Assembly: GCA_000934665.2 (NCBI GenBank)
Contig: JYFJ02002941.1
Coordinates: 1-48,585, forward strand
DNA: 48,585 bases
From: Catajapyx aquilonaris
Lineage: Eukaryota
Reading direction: 5' to 3'
How positions within the stretch are numbered: position 1 is the first letter of the stretch; the number at the start of each line of letters is the position of its first letter. The position numbers were made by a program, and so were the translations under genes. Below the pieces are notes generated by a model, which was not told the DNA's origin, searched no databases, and was given only the letters and a program-made list of their open reading frames with translations. This document shows, piece after piece, positions 11,576-24,175 of this stretch.

Positions 11576-12162
11576 TCTGTCCGCAATTCAAGTCAATTCT
11601 AAAGGTCGAAAATTTGAATTCGATTCAATTCGATTCAATTCCTACTAGGCCGGCAAAAATTGCCTGCAAGTCAAATTCATTCAAGTAGGAATCTTACCAA
11701 CTACAATTCATTCAATTCAATTCATCAGTTTGGAATTAACTCCGAATTAATTCAAATCCGAATTGAATTGTGCCCATCACGTTATTGATATAGATTAGAA
11801 GGCCGGGAGAGGTTGGAGGTGTTGCAGATGGACCACAGATGGCAGGCAAATGACGGTTGGGGTTATACAGGCGGGAGAAGGACCGCATCCAGGTGGCATT
11901 GGTGGGCGGACAGACAGACAGAGAGAAAGACAGACAGACTCACAAACGTCTTTATTGATATAGATTAGAGATTTGTTGTATTTTTTTTGGTAAGCCTATG
12001 GCGGTCAGGAATTAGGTAAACTACTTTTCCTTTGTTGTTATGTGAAATAAGCAATTTTAAATTATAATAAAAGCACCCCCCCATTGATTGCATTCAGATT
12101 CAACGATGGAATTCATGACTTATCGACATGCAAATATCACGTTACCTTTTTGATGTTATATT

Positions 12163-12499
12163 ACTCTCTGCACTCCCGATTATCCGGGCTAATGACTGCA
12201 AGGGTGTCGACGGATAATCCGAAAGTGGTCCTAGACTCCTAGATACCGTAAAATTGAGCCATTCGCAGGTTTTTTAATGCACTACTATACGTACAAAGCA
12301 TAATTATGCTGCTTTAACTAAGGTTTAATCAAAATAATGAAACTTCCATAGATTTTTAGTTGGTATTCTAGGAAAAGGCTGTTATATTTCTTAGTTTGCG
12401 AGACATATTGGCATTTTCTCATACTTTTATTTTTTAAATTTAATTTTTTGGCGACGCACGGATAATCCGCACCCTTATAATCGGTATTATACAGTGTAT
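12163..12499. mobile_element. Degenerate Tigger-like MITE
   Basis: Left end CACTCCCGATTATCCGG..CGGATAATCC and right end CGGATAATCCG..ATAATCGG..TACAGTGTA. The left part is homologous to 5734-5900. Confidence 0.5.
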
Positions 12500-12677
12500 A
12501 CATGTGAGCTCGTTTACCTTGGTTAGCTCTTCGCAACCCTGCAATTCCTGCTAATTTATTTAAAAATCATAACATTGTCCGAATATTAAATTTTCACATA
12601 GACATTAAAACGGCTCGTATGGTTATTCACTGTTCATCAATCGCCTAATACGTAATTTTCACTCGTATTTTTATAGA

Positions 12678-15392
12678 ATGATGGAAGTTGCTGCCCATAG
12701 GGGATGCTCTGTGAGATATGTGCAGACACAGACGTTACGCTTTGTTTGGACCATCGAAGACTTTCAAGAAAAGATGTCGAATGAGCGGCAGGGCAGCACT
12801 GAGAAGGGAATAAGTCTGACATCCCCAGTTCAACGAGTCGCCTTTCAAACTCAAAGTGTCGTATTCAGATTGAAAGCTCGTTTTCCCTGCCTAAGAAATG
12901 GTGGATATCTGGAGCACGACAGCCTCTCATTATACCTCGACTTGGACCGTGATGACTATAGCCCAGAGGAGAGCCCAGAGCATTTCGACCTTCATTTCCA
13001 CCTCTCTGTGACAATCATAAGCTTAAGCGGCCACCATCACACCAAGGAACAAGATCTTCCTCCAGTTGAGTACTTTGTACGTGATACAACAACAATGCCA
13101 TCTTCCGACTTCATCGCCATGAATGAATTGATGTCACGGAGGGTTGACCTGATTCCAAATGACACAATGACCATCATCTGCCAAGGGACACTTTTCCTAG
13201 ATCTCAGACGGTTAAAAATCCTTGAACTCAATTTCATGAGCAATTTTGAAGGATTATGGCAGTCCTGCACTGGTAGCGATGCTGTTCTGGTAGCTCAAGG
13301 GAAGGAGTTCCAGGTGCACAGGGTGGTCCTCCAGGCCAGAAGCCCTGTGTTTGAAGACATGCTCAACCAAAACTCCACTGAGAAGAGGACAGGAAGGGTC
13401 GTCATCGAAGACATAGATCCACCAATTGTGGAAGCCATGATACGGTTCATCTACACCGATGAGGAACCATCTAACCTTCCAGAGATAGCCATCGACCTGA
13501 TAGTGGCTGCGAGGAAGTACAGCTTGGAAAGACTCCAGAACATGTGCGAGCGCCATCTGGCCAGCATCCTCAGCCTGGACAACATAATGCTTTTCCTGGA
13601 TTTATCAATCCGCCATAGTTTCCTTCGACTGAAAAGAGCCTGCTCCACATTTGCTGTGCTCAATTACTCCGCACTGAGGAAAGTTCCGTACTGGGAAAGT
13701 ACCACGGCCCAGGAGTATCCGGATGCTTTGTTGGAGTGCATCATGCTGATGATGGGGGAGAGCAATATAGACACCCATGCAGATAGAAACAGGTGAGTGA
13801 AGGTGCTATGCCCATGTTGGAATATATTATCTTAGGTGTCAAGACGAGGTGAGGGACAATGATGGGATTAATTTTCTTCACTTATTATTTTGGGCATAAC
13901 TAGACAACTAGTCATATACATTACTTGACTGCCCGGCTTCCAACGAAGGACTATTTGGCAGAATTTTTGCATGGGCACTTTTAATAGTTAAGTATTATTA
14001 TTTATTACCCCTTTACTTATAGGTACATACCTATATCTCGGGGGAGGAGTTGCCCCAGCAGTTAAGTATTAGCTCCCAATATTAGGTTTCTCTTGCCCAT
14101 CCTTTTTATCCTGCAAAGAGGATCTGGCCTGCACACAGTGCACAAAGGTTATTCTGTCACTGACATGAGATGCCAATTGTTCCAATGGGCCATTGTTAAT
14201 TAACGGTCGAAGCTCACATTCATTGTTCAGAAGATTAGTCATTTTATACTGAATTTTTATTTGCATTTTTAGAACGATTGACGAAGAGGATTCTTTGGTG
14301 CGATACGAGCAGAGAGAGAAATTCGCATTGGTTTGGAAAATTAAACACTTCAAGGAGAAGTTGTCCAATCATCGGCAGGGGAGAAATACGAAGGAAAACA
14401 CTCTGACGTCCCCGGTTCACCAGGTCACCTTTGGAACTCATGCAATAAGATGTCACTTGAAAGCGAAGATTTATAGTTATTCCAAAAATTATGTCAATAT
14501 GGATTATAAGAGGTTCAGTCTGTCCCTCTACTACTACCTTGATGATGAAGCCCACGATGTGACTTCTCACTGCTGCTCAGTGACAATCAAAAGTGCAAGC
14601 GGTCGTGACTACACCAAGCACCTGACTGCTGATGAAGGTTTTCACACTGCAAATAACTTCGGACGGGCATGGGAAAGTGACCGATTTATCTCCATGATTG
14701 AACTAAAGTCGACAAGGGGTGACCTGCTTCCAAATGACACAATGACCATCGTCTGCGAAGGGGAATTTGGCATGGATGTCAGAGTGTTAAAAATCCACGA
14801 GCCCGATTTTAGGAGCCATTTTGAAGGAATATTTCAGTCTGGTTCGGGTAGTGATGCTGTTCTGGTAGCTGAAGGGAAGGAGTTCCTGGTGCACAGGGTG
14901 GTCCTTCAGGCCAGAAGCCCAGTGTTTGAAGCCATGTTCAACCACGACACCACTGAGAAGAGGACAGGAAGGGTCGTCATTGAAGACATGGATCCGCCAG
15001 TTGTGGAAGCCATTATACGGTTCATCTACACCGATGAGGAACCTCCTAACCTTCCAGAGATAGCCCCCGATCTGATGGTGGCTGCAGGCAGGTATGGACT
15101 GGAGAGACTCCAGAACATGTGCGAGAATCAACTGGCCAAATCAATCAACTTGGATAACATCATGTTTCTCCTGAATATATCAGCCTGCTACAGTTGTCCT
15201 GGACTGAAAAGGGCCTGCTGCACATTCGCTAAGCTCAATTCCAAAGAAATGAGGAAGGCTTCCTATTGGGGAAAGAACTTGGTCCGGGAGTATCCGGATG
15301 CCGTGATGGAGCTGTTAGAGTGCATGAAGATTACACCTGACCTTCATTATCCTACACCATCATTACACCTTCATCATCCTAATTTGGTTTGA
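12678..15392 (+). CDS. Tandem MATH-BTB-MATH-BTB protein (pair 1), exons 12678-13792 and 14273-15392, 744 aa; unspliced A module 12678-13796 gives 372 aa
   Basis: Two full MATH-BTB modules. A ends AAC AG|GTGAGT and B begins TTTTTAG|A ACG ATT GAC in matching phase 2. B has no start ATG. Domain calls are high confidence; the splice join is inferred. Confidence 0.82.
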
Positions 15393-15919
15393 AGTTAAAT
15401 TTGTATCCATTTCATACACTTGTATTTTCCATAACTTTGTAAAATGCGTATAACCTTGCATGGGAAAGGTTTGCAATTCGTAAGATTTTGAATAATGTTC
15501 CTCCAATTTTTGCATTAAGAAAAATGTCATGTATTTCAATCTCCTATTGCATTCCCATCAAATCAATGCGATATTCTTAAGAGCATTTCAAATCATAGTC
15601 CACTGTGTCTGAATACTCAGATGTACGATAATAATTATGGTATTAAAGTTCCTTTTCTGGTTCTCATTTTGTGCATTTCTGCGACCATTTCAGTTTGACC
15701 AGTCACTTTTTTTTTCTTGTTACAGTCTGAAGACAAGTACTCATGATCACAATAATCAGCAGTGAATCTCAACATAGGTCTACTGTATACTGGTGCAAAT
15801 GAACCCAGACAGTATTTTGGGGTCCTCGCAACTCGAAGTTAACTTAAATTTGTAATTATTGCTTCAATATTATTCAAATTGAAATTTCCGTAATTTATTA
15901 GGATCTGACATATATAGCA

Positions 15920-15968
15920 TCTATACTTTAATCTCAGTGGGTTTGTGCAACACCATAGTAGTTAAAAC

Positions 15969-16053
<85 letters not shown>

Positions 16054-16322
16054 GGTTTGAACTCTGAGCCACGTGACCCACTGTCAGAGCCATCTCACCG
16101 GTACCGTATTTCACACAGAGGGCGGGAGGGTGGGCGTGTGGAAGGGATTTTGCGAATTTATTGTTGTTGGATCCATGGGACTCATCAGTCCAAAGCGATT
16201 TTAAACAATATTGTCTGCACCAGCGCAGGCCGCAGAAAAAAGGGAGCGAAGCGAGTGACTTTCTAGGCCTGCGCCGTATAAAAATGCAAGCGAAGCAAGG
16301 GGTTTGCTACGCGGTTTGCTAG
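15920..16322 (+). mobile_element. Candidate non-autonomous Helitron-like element
   Basis: A|TCTATACT at the 5' side, internal (AAT)n, GCGAAGC motifs, inverted repeat GCGCAGGCC/GGCCTGCGC, short hairpin AGCAA..TTGCT, then CTAG|T. The 5' boundary is uncertain. Confidence 0.4.
15970..16053. repeat. (AAT)n microsatellite, about 28 units
   Basis: Perfect trinucleotide run. Confidence 0.98.
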
Positions 16323-17608
16323 TACAACCGAGTACAACTAAAGTCTTGCCAAAGTCTTAAACTATAGTAGCTACACGTACTGAATTTTTGTGTTAAGACA
16401 CTTAAATTGATGATGATATTGGGAGCCATCGCATCGGTCTCCTTATTTCCGAGACTGGTGGCCATGAAATTCACCACGGTTCGATGACTTCAAAGCAAAG
16501 CGAGGCATGTGACATACAGAAGAATTTGTGCAAGCAGTGCACGTGGGTGCTCGTGGTCTTACGACCACTGCGGCTTTTATTAAGCGGCTTGAAAGGATCG
16601 TCGTTGTGTCGACGTGGGTGTCCAGGTAAGTGCTGAGCTTTATTCAGTTAAATTTGCAAGATGCGGGTTGCGTTATACATTTTACATGGGTGTGGCACCG
16701 TATGGTGCTCAATTTTTATGAAGCAGCAGGGGGTTTTAGCACTGGTTTTAGTCTGGAGGATCCACCAATATTGGCATAATAATGGACGTCCTTTAATTTT
16801 CACTACTTTAAAAAATTATTACTCCCTACTAACCTACTTATTAGATCTTGCACTTATCTAAGTTAATTTTCCATCGTCCACTTCACGTGCAGTGCCTATT
16901 GAACAATGTTGGCAGGCAATGTTATGATTCCAACTTTTTTAAAAAAAATTGTATCACCTTAATAATAATTGCGCCGAAAAAAAAGCGTGGAGCATATTTT
17001 AAATTCCCTGATTGATTAACTTGTTTGAGTAAGTTTTAAACATTTCCATGTGGCCCAAGGTTATTTTTTTTTAATCCTGGGGTAGTGCTTTCACCCCCAA
17101 ATGGGGGTATATCACACAGACCTTCATTTTTGAACTATTATACAATTGGAACCTATTATAGTTGAAGCGCCCGGGCCCACGGGCAGGATGACAGGAGGGG
17201 ATGTGTCCAAGGTTAATTAAAAGCTATGAGCTTCCTTGTGGGCGTGTTTGTGTGCTTAGCACAACCACCTTTTGCAACCTTGCAATTCCTCCTAATAATA
17301 AAAAAAATGTTTTGTAAAACAGGTAACTCTTTTGAACTGGCCTTCTAGACAGCACTATTTCGTGACACGGTGAAAATATTTTTATGGGCAATTATATTGG
17401 CTAAAAGACTGACTGGTAGACTGGAACATCAGAAAATAAAGAGTTATAGCGTATAATATGTAGACTGTTCACATGCCTATATGCTAAGACACTTTGAAAT
17501 GAGAGTCCGATTATTGCGAATTTCAAATGTTCACATTTTAAATGAAGTGGTGGTTATTCACCGTTTATCAATCGCCTAAAACGCGTAATTTTGTACTTAT
17601 ATAGAACT

Positions 17609-20600
17609 ATGGAAGTTGCTGCCAGCAGGAATTCATCTGTGAGATATACGCAGGCACAGAAATTAAACTTTGTTTGGACCATCAAACACTTCCTAGAGAA
17701 GGTGGTGTCGAATGAGCAGCAGGACAGCAATGATAATGAAATAATTCTGACATCCCCAGTTAAACAAGTCGATTTTGAAACTCGCACAATCGCTTTCAGA
17801 TTGGAAGCTCATATGCCCTTGATGAGAAATGGTGGCTATGCAGAGAATGACAGTCTCTCATTATGCATCGTCTTGGACTCGGATGACCACGACCCAGAAG
17901 AGATGAAATTCCACGTCTCAGCGATTATCAGAAGCGCAAGCGGCCACTACACCACCGATCGCAAACTCATTTTTCCACATAGGTACGGTGTAGATTATGG
18001 ACCGCCATTGGCATGGAAACCTGACACATTCATCTCCATGAGACAACTGATGTCGTATAGAGATGATCTGCTTCAAAACGATCCAGTGACCATCATCTGT
18101 CGAGGGACAATTTATTTGGATCTCAGATGGATAAAAATCATTGAACCCAATTTTATGAGCAATTTTGAAGGAATATGGCTGTCTGGTAGTGGTAGCGACG
18201 CTGTTCTGGTAGCTGAAGGGAAGGAGTTCCTGGTGCACAGGGTGGTCCTCCAGGCCCGAAGCCCTGTGTTTGAAGCCATGTTCAACAACGACACCACTGA
18301 GAAGAGGACAGGAAGGGTCGTCATCGAAGACATGGATCCGCCACTTTTGGAAACCATGATACGGTTCATCTACACCGATGAGGAACCATCTAACCTTCCA
18401 GAGATAGGCCTAGCCGCCGATCTTATGGTGGCTGCAGGCAGGTACGGCCTGGAGAGACTTCAGAGCATGTGCGAGTGTTACCTGGCCAGCACTCTCAACT
18501 TGGATAATGTAATGCCCCTCCTGAAGATATCAATCAGCCACAGTTGCCATCGACTGAAAAGGGATTGCTGCACATTCGTAAAACTCAACCATTCATCACT
18601 GAGGAAGGATCCACACTGGGAGAGAGCAGTGTCCCAGGAGTATCAGCATGCTTTGAAGGAATTATTGGAGTACATGCTGGGACAGCACACAATCGACACC
18701 GATTCAGATGGAAAGAGGTGAGTGACGGTGGGAATAGAGATAAGAAAATGAGGTGAGTATAACAATAGGACTAATCTCTTCACACATATTTAGTACAAAT
18801 AAATTGTCCTATGCAATACACGACTGCTGTCCCCAAAGGTCAATTTGTTTTTCTGCTATAAGCCAGAGACATACAGCAGGTTAGGACTGTAGCATTTTGT
18901 CCCCGCCTGCTACTACTAAAGCTGATGATCTCTGCGATGAAAATAATTAATTTTGTTAATTTCAATGCAACCATTAATGCAGCAGGATTAAAAGAAGAAA
19001 GTCCTCGAATATGAATTATGTTTGCTTTCCTCTGCTAATAAAATATGGCGAGAAGTCGCGAGAATACTAACAGGTTCGGACAGAGGCGTACAAAATAATA
19101 GTATGTTGTTGCAATTTTTAAAAAAAAAAAATACACTCCGCACTGTCTGAAAAAGTATATGCAGCATTCAATATACTGTATTATAAATGTAACTATACAG
19201 TATATGTTAATATACTGCATGACAGGGTGATCCAAAATACTTTTTCTACTAAATTCACTATTTTAAAAGTTTACAAAGCTGCTTATTATGATTTTAGCAG
19301 TCCATTTGCATAAGTACTGTTAACAGTTACCAAACGTATTATCTACAAATATTAGGTTGCTTGTAGCTACTAACTTGTACCATTCAAAGCATGCAAGCGG
19401 GTTCTGGCGTGCGGGGTCTGTCACTGAATGGAGTGGAGATGCCAATTATTGGTCCAATTCGTTACTCGGAAACACTTTGTAGTTCAGATTTTGAATGTCC
19501 GATTCAGCTCGGCCTATAATAATAGCAGATAATACTTTTAAAAGGCAACTCTGCATAGTAACTGCTAAAAATAAGCAGCTCAGTTACAACAGTTAAGCAT
19601 TACTCGGACAAGTGTTTCGGATCAATTTGTATCGGCCGTCATGAGAAAAAGTCTACTATAATCACGTTCACGTGATTTGCCAGCCTTGTTTATTTGCTTT
19701 TACAGAACGATGGAAGTTGCTGGGGAAGAGGATTCTTTGGTGCGATACGAGCAGAGAGAGAAGTTCCACTTCGTTTGGACAATTGAACACTTCGAAGAGA
19801 AGTTGTCCAATCATCGGCAGGACAGCAATGAGGAGGAAAACACTCTGACGTCCCCTGTTCACCAAGTCGCCTTTGGAACTGATGGAATGAGGTTTCACTT
19901 GAAAGCGACGATTCCGTGCTTAAAAAATGATGCCTCTTTGGAACGTCAGAACTTCGGCCTGTCCCTCTACTACGAACTTGATGTTCAAGCCCACGATGTG
20001 ACTTCTCATTCCTGCTCAGCAGTGACAATCAAAAGTGCAAGCGGTTGTGACTACACCAGGTGCGTGACTACTGATCAAGAAGTTCTCACTGCAAGTAACT
20101 CGGGACTGGTATGGGAATATAAAGCATTTATCTCCATGAATGAATTGATGTCACGGAGGGATGACCTGCTGCCAAAAGACACAATGACCATCATCTGCCA
20201 AGGGAAATTTGACGTGAATGTCAGATTGTTAAAAAGCATTGAACCCAATTTCATGAGAAATTTTTCAAGAATAATGAAGTCAGGTAGTGGTAGCGACGCT
20301 GTTCTGGTAGCTCAAGAGAAGGGGTTCCTGGTGCACAGGGTGGTCCTCCAGGCCCGAAGCCCTGTGTTTGAAGCCATGTTCAACCACGACACCACTGAGA
20401 AGAGGACAGGAAGGGTTGTCATTGAAGACATGGATCCGCCAGTTCTGCAAGCCATGATACTGTTCATCTACACAGACCAGAGACCACGTAACCTTCCAGA
20501 GATAGCCACCAATCTGATGGTGGCTGCAAGCAGGTATGGACTGGAGAGACTCCAGAACATGTGCGAGAATCAACTGGCCAAATCAATCAACTTGGAAAAC

Positions 20601-20801
20601 ATCATGTCTCTCCTGAATATATCAGCCTGTTACAGTTGCCCCAAACTGAAAAGAGCCTGCTGCACATTTGCGACTCTCAATTCCAACGAAATGAGGAAGG
20701 CTTCCTATTGGGGAAGGAACTTGGTCCAGGAGTATCCGGATGCCGTGATGGAGCTGTTAGATATCATGAAGATTACCCCTAACACTGGTGCTTCATCATA
20801 G
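17609..20801 (+). CDS. Tandem MATH-BTB-MATH-BTB protein (pair 2), exons 17609-18717 and 19706-20801, 734 aa
   Basis: A ends AAG AG|GTGAGT (TGA 18719-18721). B acceptor TTTTACAG|A ACG ATG is in phase 2. Both modules are intact; B also has its own ATG at 19710. Confidence 0.8.
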
Positions 20802-21043
20802 TGTAACGTGTGAGAGGATAGCAAGAAAAAGACTGCCGGGTCGAGTGTGGTTTTAAAACTTTAAGTCCCCCACCCTACCACCCCGTCCCCTATGCTTATC
20901 CTGGAGGAAAGGTACGACAATTGCCATGTCGGGATTTTCTTTTTCCGTGTGGATAATTATAGTGTATTCCGGGTTCCCTTTGTGTCTGGCAAATCTTCTT
21001 CAAAATCCCCCAGAAACCCCATGAAGTCCTTTTCTTGACAGAC
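20801..21043. mobile_element. Small decayed TIR insertion at the stop codon of pair-2 module B
   Basis: Paralog 3' ends read TCATCAT..TAATT..GTTTGAAGTT; here ~240 bp is inserted in that string. Subterminal CAAGAAAAAGACT / AGTCCTTTTCTTG are inverted, with (A)TA on both sides. Confidence 0.55.
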
Positions 21044-21550
21044 TATAATTCAGTTTGAAGTTGTTGTTTTTTTCATTTTATAATGTTGTACTTTCCAGAA
21101 ATTTGTAAGCTTGTGTATGATAAACTGATTCTTAATATTTTCAATAATCTTCCTCCATATTTTGCATTCAAAACCATGACGTCAATGCCCATGTAAGCTC
21201 AGGTAAGAGCATGGTTCGTCATTGGAAAAGAATCGACTCGAAAGGAATGAGTGCTATTTTGAGTGGAGAAAAGGGTGGTTATAATTTCCACACTAAAGCG
21301 GAAAATAGCCCTTCTGGGCCCCAGACCACGCAAATTGAAACATGATCGTTATACTGAACAGTTATCAGGAAAAAATGTCCTTGAAAAACAAACATCCCTT
21401 ATCATAATTATGCGCATAAAATATGCTGAGCTTAGCCTTCCCAAATTGTGCGGCACAAAATCGCTTCTACGCTATGGCAAAAAATTTGGGTTCGTGTGCA
21501 GGACAAATATTGTGGCCCATTTCAAGTGACGTTGGTATGATACCATTCCG

Positions 21551-21800
21551 GTGGGGAACGCCAACGAGGTATAAATAGGGTACAGTCAAAAATAGGGTCC
21601 CCATCTTTGATTCGCGCGTGTTCTTGCCGTGTAGTTGCCATGGCCGCCAAAACCATCAAAGATGGCGGACCCTATTTTTGCCTGTACCCTATTTATACCT
21701 CGTTGGCGTTCCCCACACTTCAAGATGGCCGCCAGCCTTGGCAACGGCCCCAAACAGAGAGATCCAAAGTTTGTGCCTCTTATGTAGTATATGCTCCCTG
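21551..21800. mobile_element. Partial second copy of the 6071-6511 foldback element
   Basis: Near-identical arm ending CCTCTTATGTAGTATATGCTCCCTG, the reverse complement of the 6071 terminus. Confidence 0.85.
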
Positions 21801-22722
21801 ACAGTAGTAAGAAACATGAAAGGACCTTTTAATAATTTCGTCATGTTAAAATAGTGACAATCGTAATTGCCTAAGCCATAAACGATAAATAAGCTCAAAT
21901 ATGCGGTATATCACAACCAGAACGTCATTCATTGATTCATCCCGGAAATGGCTTGTCTTAGTACTTGGAATGGCCTTGTCCTTGATAGACTGAGGTCAAC
22001 ATTGTTAAGTATAGGCCTAATGACTCAAAATGGTAAGTTATACGAGTTAGTGTATTTTTCTAAATATAAATCATAAGGAATTCCGTCTCCATCAATCGTT
22101 ATTAATCGTCGGCCCTATGTCATATCCTCACTATTAACAGCACAGGTCATCTTGAGCTTGCCCATGTTGCCAAGCCTGTGCCATCGTCAGCACATTCACC
22201 AAGGTCATACTTTGCTTCACACGATCATGATGGCCCAGCTCAGCGCCTGCAAAAGCATTGCAGCCATTAAGTTCAAAGTTCATCGAGCTGACACAAAGAC
22301 AAGCTCCAATTCCGGTGTAATGAGATCATGAAGTATTTTGTCACAGATTACGTGAACTACTTGACTGACCTTCCGACGCCAGTGATCGGCCTGGATGGCA
22401 ACAACCGTGAATATGTCCCACCAAAACTATCTGCATATAATTATGAAAAAGGAACCCCGAACCACCAGAAACCATTTTTAAAAAATAATGGAAACCTGTG
22501 CAAAATTAACCATGATTTATTAGGAGCCATCCGTCTCCTTATTTCCGAGATTGGGGTGTCCAGGGAATGACTTTGATGACCTCAAAGTTCAAAGCAATGG
22601 CGATGACTGCAAATAGCATCAGAAAATACCTGTCATGTTGTATAGAATATTGACAGTGCGTCAGTGCCTATAAATAAGACCCGCTGAAATTTGATTATGA
22701 TTATTCTGAATTTCAAATCTTA

Positions 22723-23368
22723 TTAACCCCTTGAGCCCCAGCTATACCCGCCATCTTATAGCTTTCCGCTTACGAGTACTCTGAAGATACGGACAAGATA
22801 TTTTGCACAAAATAACAGCTACATACTTACCCGATCAGGGAAAACACTATGAATGTGTCTGGAACAATTTTCCTCGTCTGGAAGTCTCTAAATTAATCAG
22901 TTTCCAAAAAATATCGCTGTAAAACTCGAAATTCGAGTACTTCCATGATTTAATAATTATGAAACACGTTAAAATACACGGAATAACAATATTGAGAGTA
23001 GTGCCAGACGAATTTGCTGAAATCGTCGTCCTAGTTGTGAGAAATTAAATAAATTATTTCTGATATGCACCTTCCATGTTACTTCGGAAATCTCCCCAAA
23101 TAATTTATTTCTGGCGAAGTACGATGATTTCAGCAACTTCGTCTGGCAATGTTCTCAAGGTTAATATTCCATACATTTTAACGTATTTCATAATGAAATC
23201 GGCATCACAGTTGACCGGCAGTTCTCGAATTTCGTGTTTTTTTTACAGCGGTCTTTTCGGAATTTAATTTGGGAACTTCTAGAGGAGGAAAATGGTCCCA
23301 AACACATTCATATCATTTTCAAGGAACATGTAAGTACGATATATAGCTGTGGCCTAAAGAGTGTGTAA
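22723..23368. mobile_element. Old ~645 bp foldback MITE with TTAA-CCC terminus (piggyBac-like)
   Basis: Left TTAACCCCTTGAGCCCCAGCTATA, decayed right TATAGCTGTGGCCTAAAGAG. Internal arms are inverted (TGCCAGACGAATTTGCTGAAATC / GATTTCAGCAACTTCGTCTGGCA; TATGAATGTGT / ACACATTCATA). Confidence 0.7.
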
Positions 23369-23859
23369 CGGTAAATAGTCGTGGGGTTCATTCAGTGTGG
23401 GTATGCACATATCATCATAATGTTAAACTACTGATGCAGCGTATGCTATAGATAGATAGATAGCTCGCCAAAAGGACTTACAAAACAATGTCACACAGTT
23501 GCAGTTTTTTAACTAGGCCTACTAGCAAAAAATTATACAAAGAGTAAACCTTAATTGTTGGCGGATATTAACGTTCCTTTTCTGGTTCTCATTTGTTGCA
23601 TTTCTGTTTGACCAGTCTCATTTTTTTCTTTGTCACAGTCTGAAGGTTCTCTTAGTATTAGTCCTTAGTGGTGCAAGTAGAAGCTACAATTTTCAATTTG
23701 ATTTAAAATTGGAGGGTGTTATGCCTTTAGTGATATCTCACATAGAATTGCCCTATGTAGTATCATGTGGATTTGAATGAAAAGGTATGTGCTTCACCTT
23801 CTAATTAGACCACTTTGTTTTTTGTTTTTTTCTTTCCGACAATACCTTTGGTGCAAGAT

Positions 23860-24175
23860 TGGCAAAGAGAGTATATATCACACTTCATTATTTTGAGAGA
23901 GCAAGACCTGACAGGAACTATTGCATCTTGCACCTATATGCCTCATTACATTTTCTGAATTAAATTACAATAAATTATTGGTGGAGGAGAACATGAAGGT
24001 GCTTTCTCAGAACCAGCAACTCTGGCTGAATGGTGAGCTGATGGAAGACGGGAGGACACTCGCAGACTACGTACAACCTGAACCCAAGCAGGCACCTCCA
24101 GGAAACCAACCCACCAATCATGATCATTCTGGCTATACGAAACGAGCAAGAAGAGTATTTTGTATTCCTTTATAA
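23860..24175 (+). pseudogene. Degenerate ubiquitin-like (UBL) domain exon
   Basis: ITFSEL..LLVEENMKVLSQNQQLWLNGELMEDGRTLADY matches the UBL pattern (ubiquitin [20 protein letters not shown]). There is no in-frame start ATG for the N-terminal strands, which appear frameshifted, and no C-terminal GG. Confidence 0.65.

Larger units (their letters stand above)
9728..11780. mobile_element. ~2.05 kb non-autonomous TIR element (hAT-like termini) with AATTC-rich subterminal repeats
   Basis: TIRs GTGATGGGCA(T)AATTCA at 9730 and TGAATT(G)TGCCCATCAC ending 11780. It splits the string CAGACAGACTCACAAACG..TCTTTA|TTGATATAGATTAG, which is intact at 11931-11968. A clean 8-bp TSD is not evident. Confidence 0.7.

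Noticed and set aside
13254..13556. Recurrent antisense ORFs over BTB domains (also 14787, 20280, 25836, 27169, 42205, 44104)
   Set aside because: Shadows of the conserved sense BTB codons, with variable ends and no independent domain signal.
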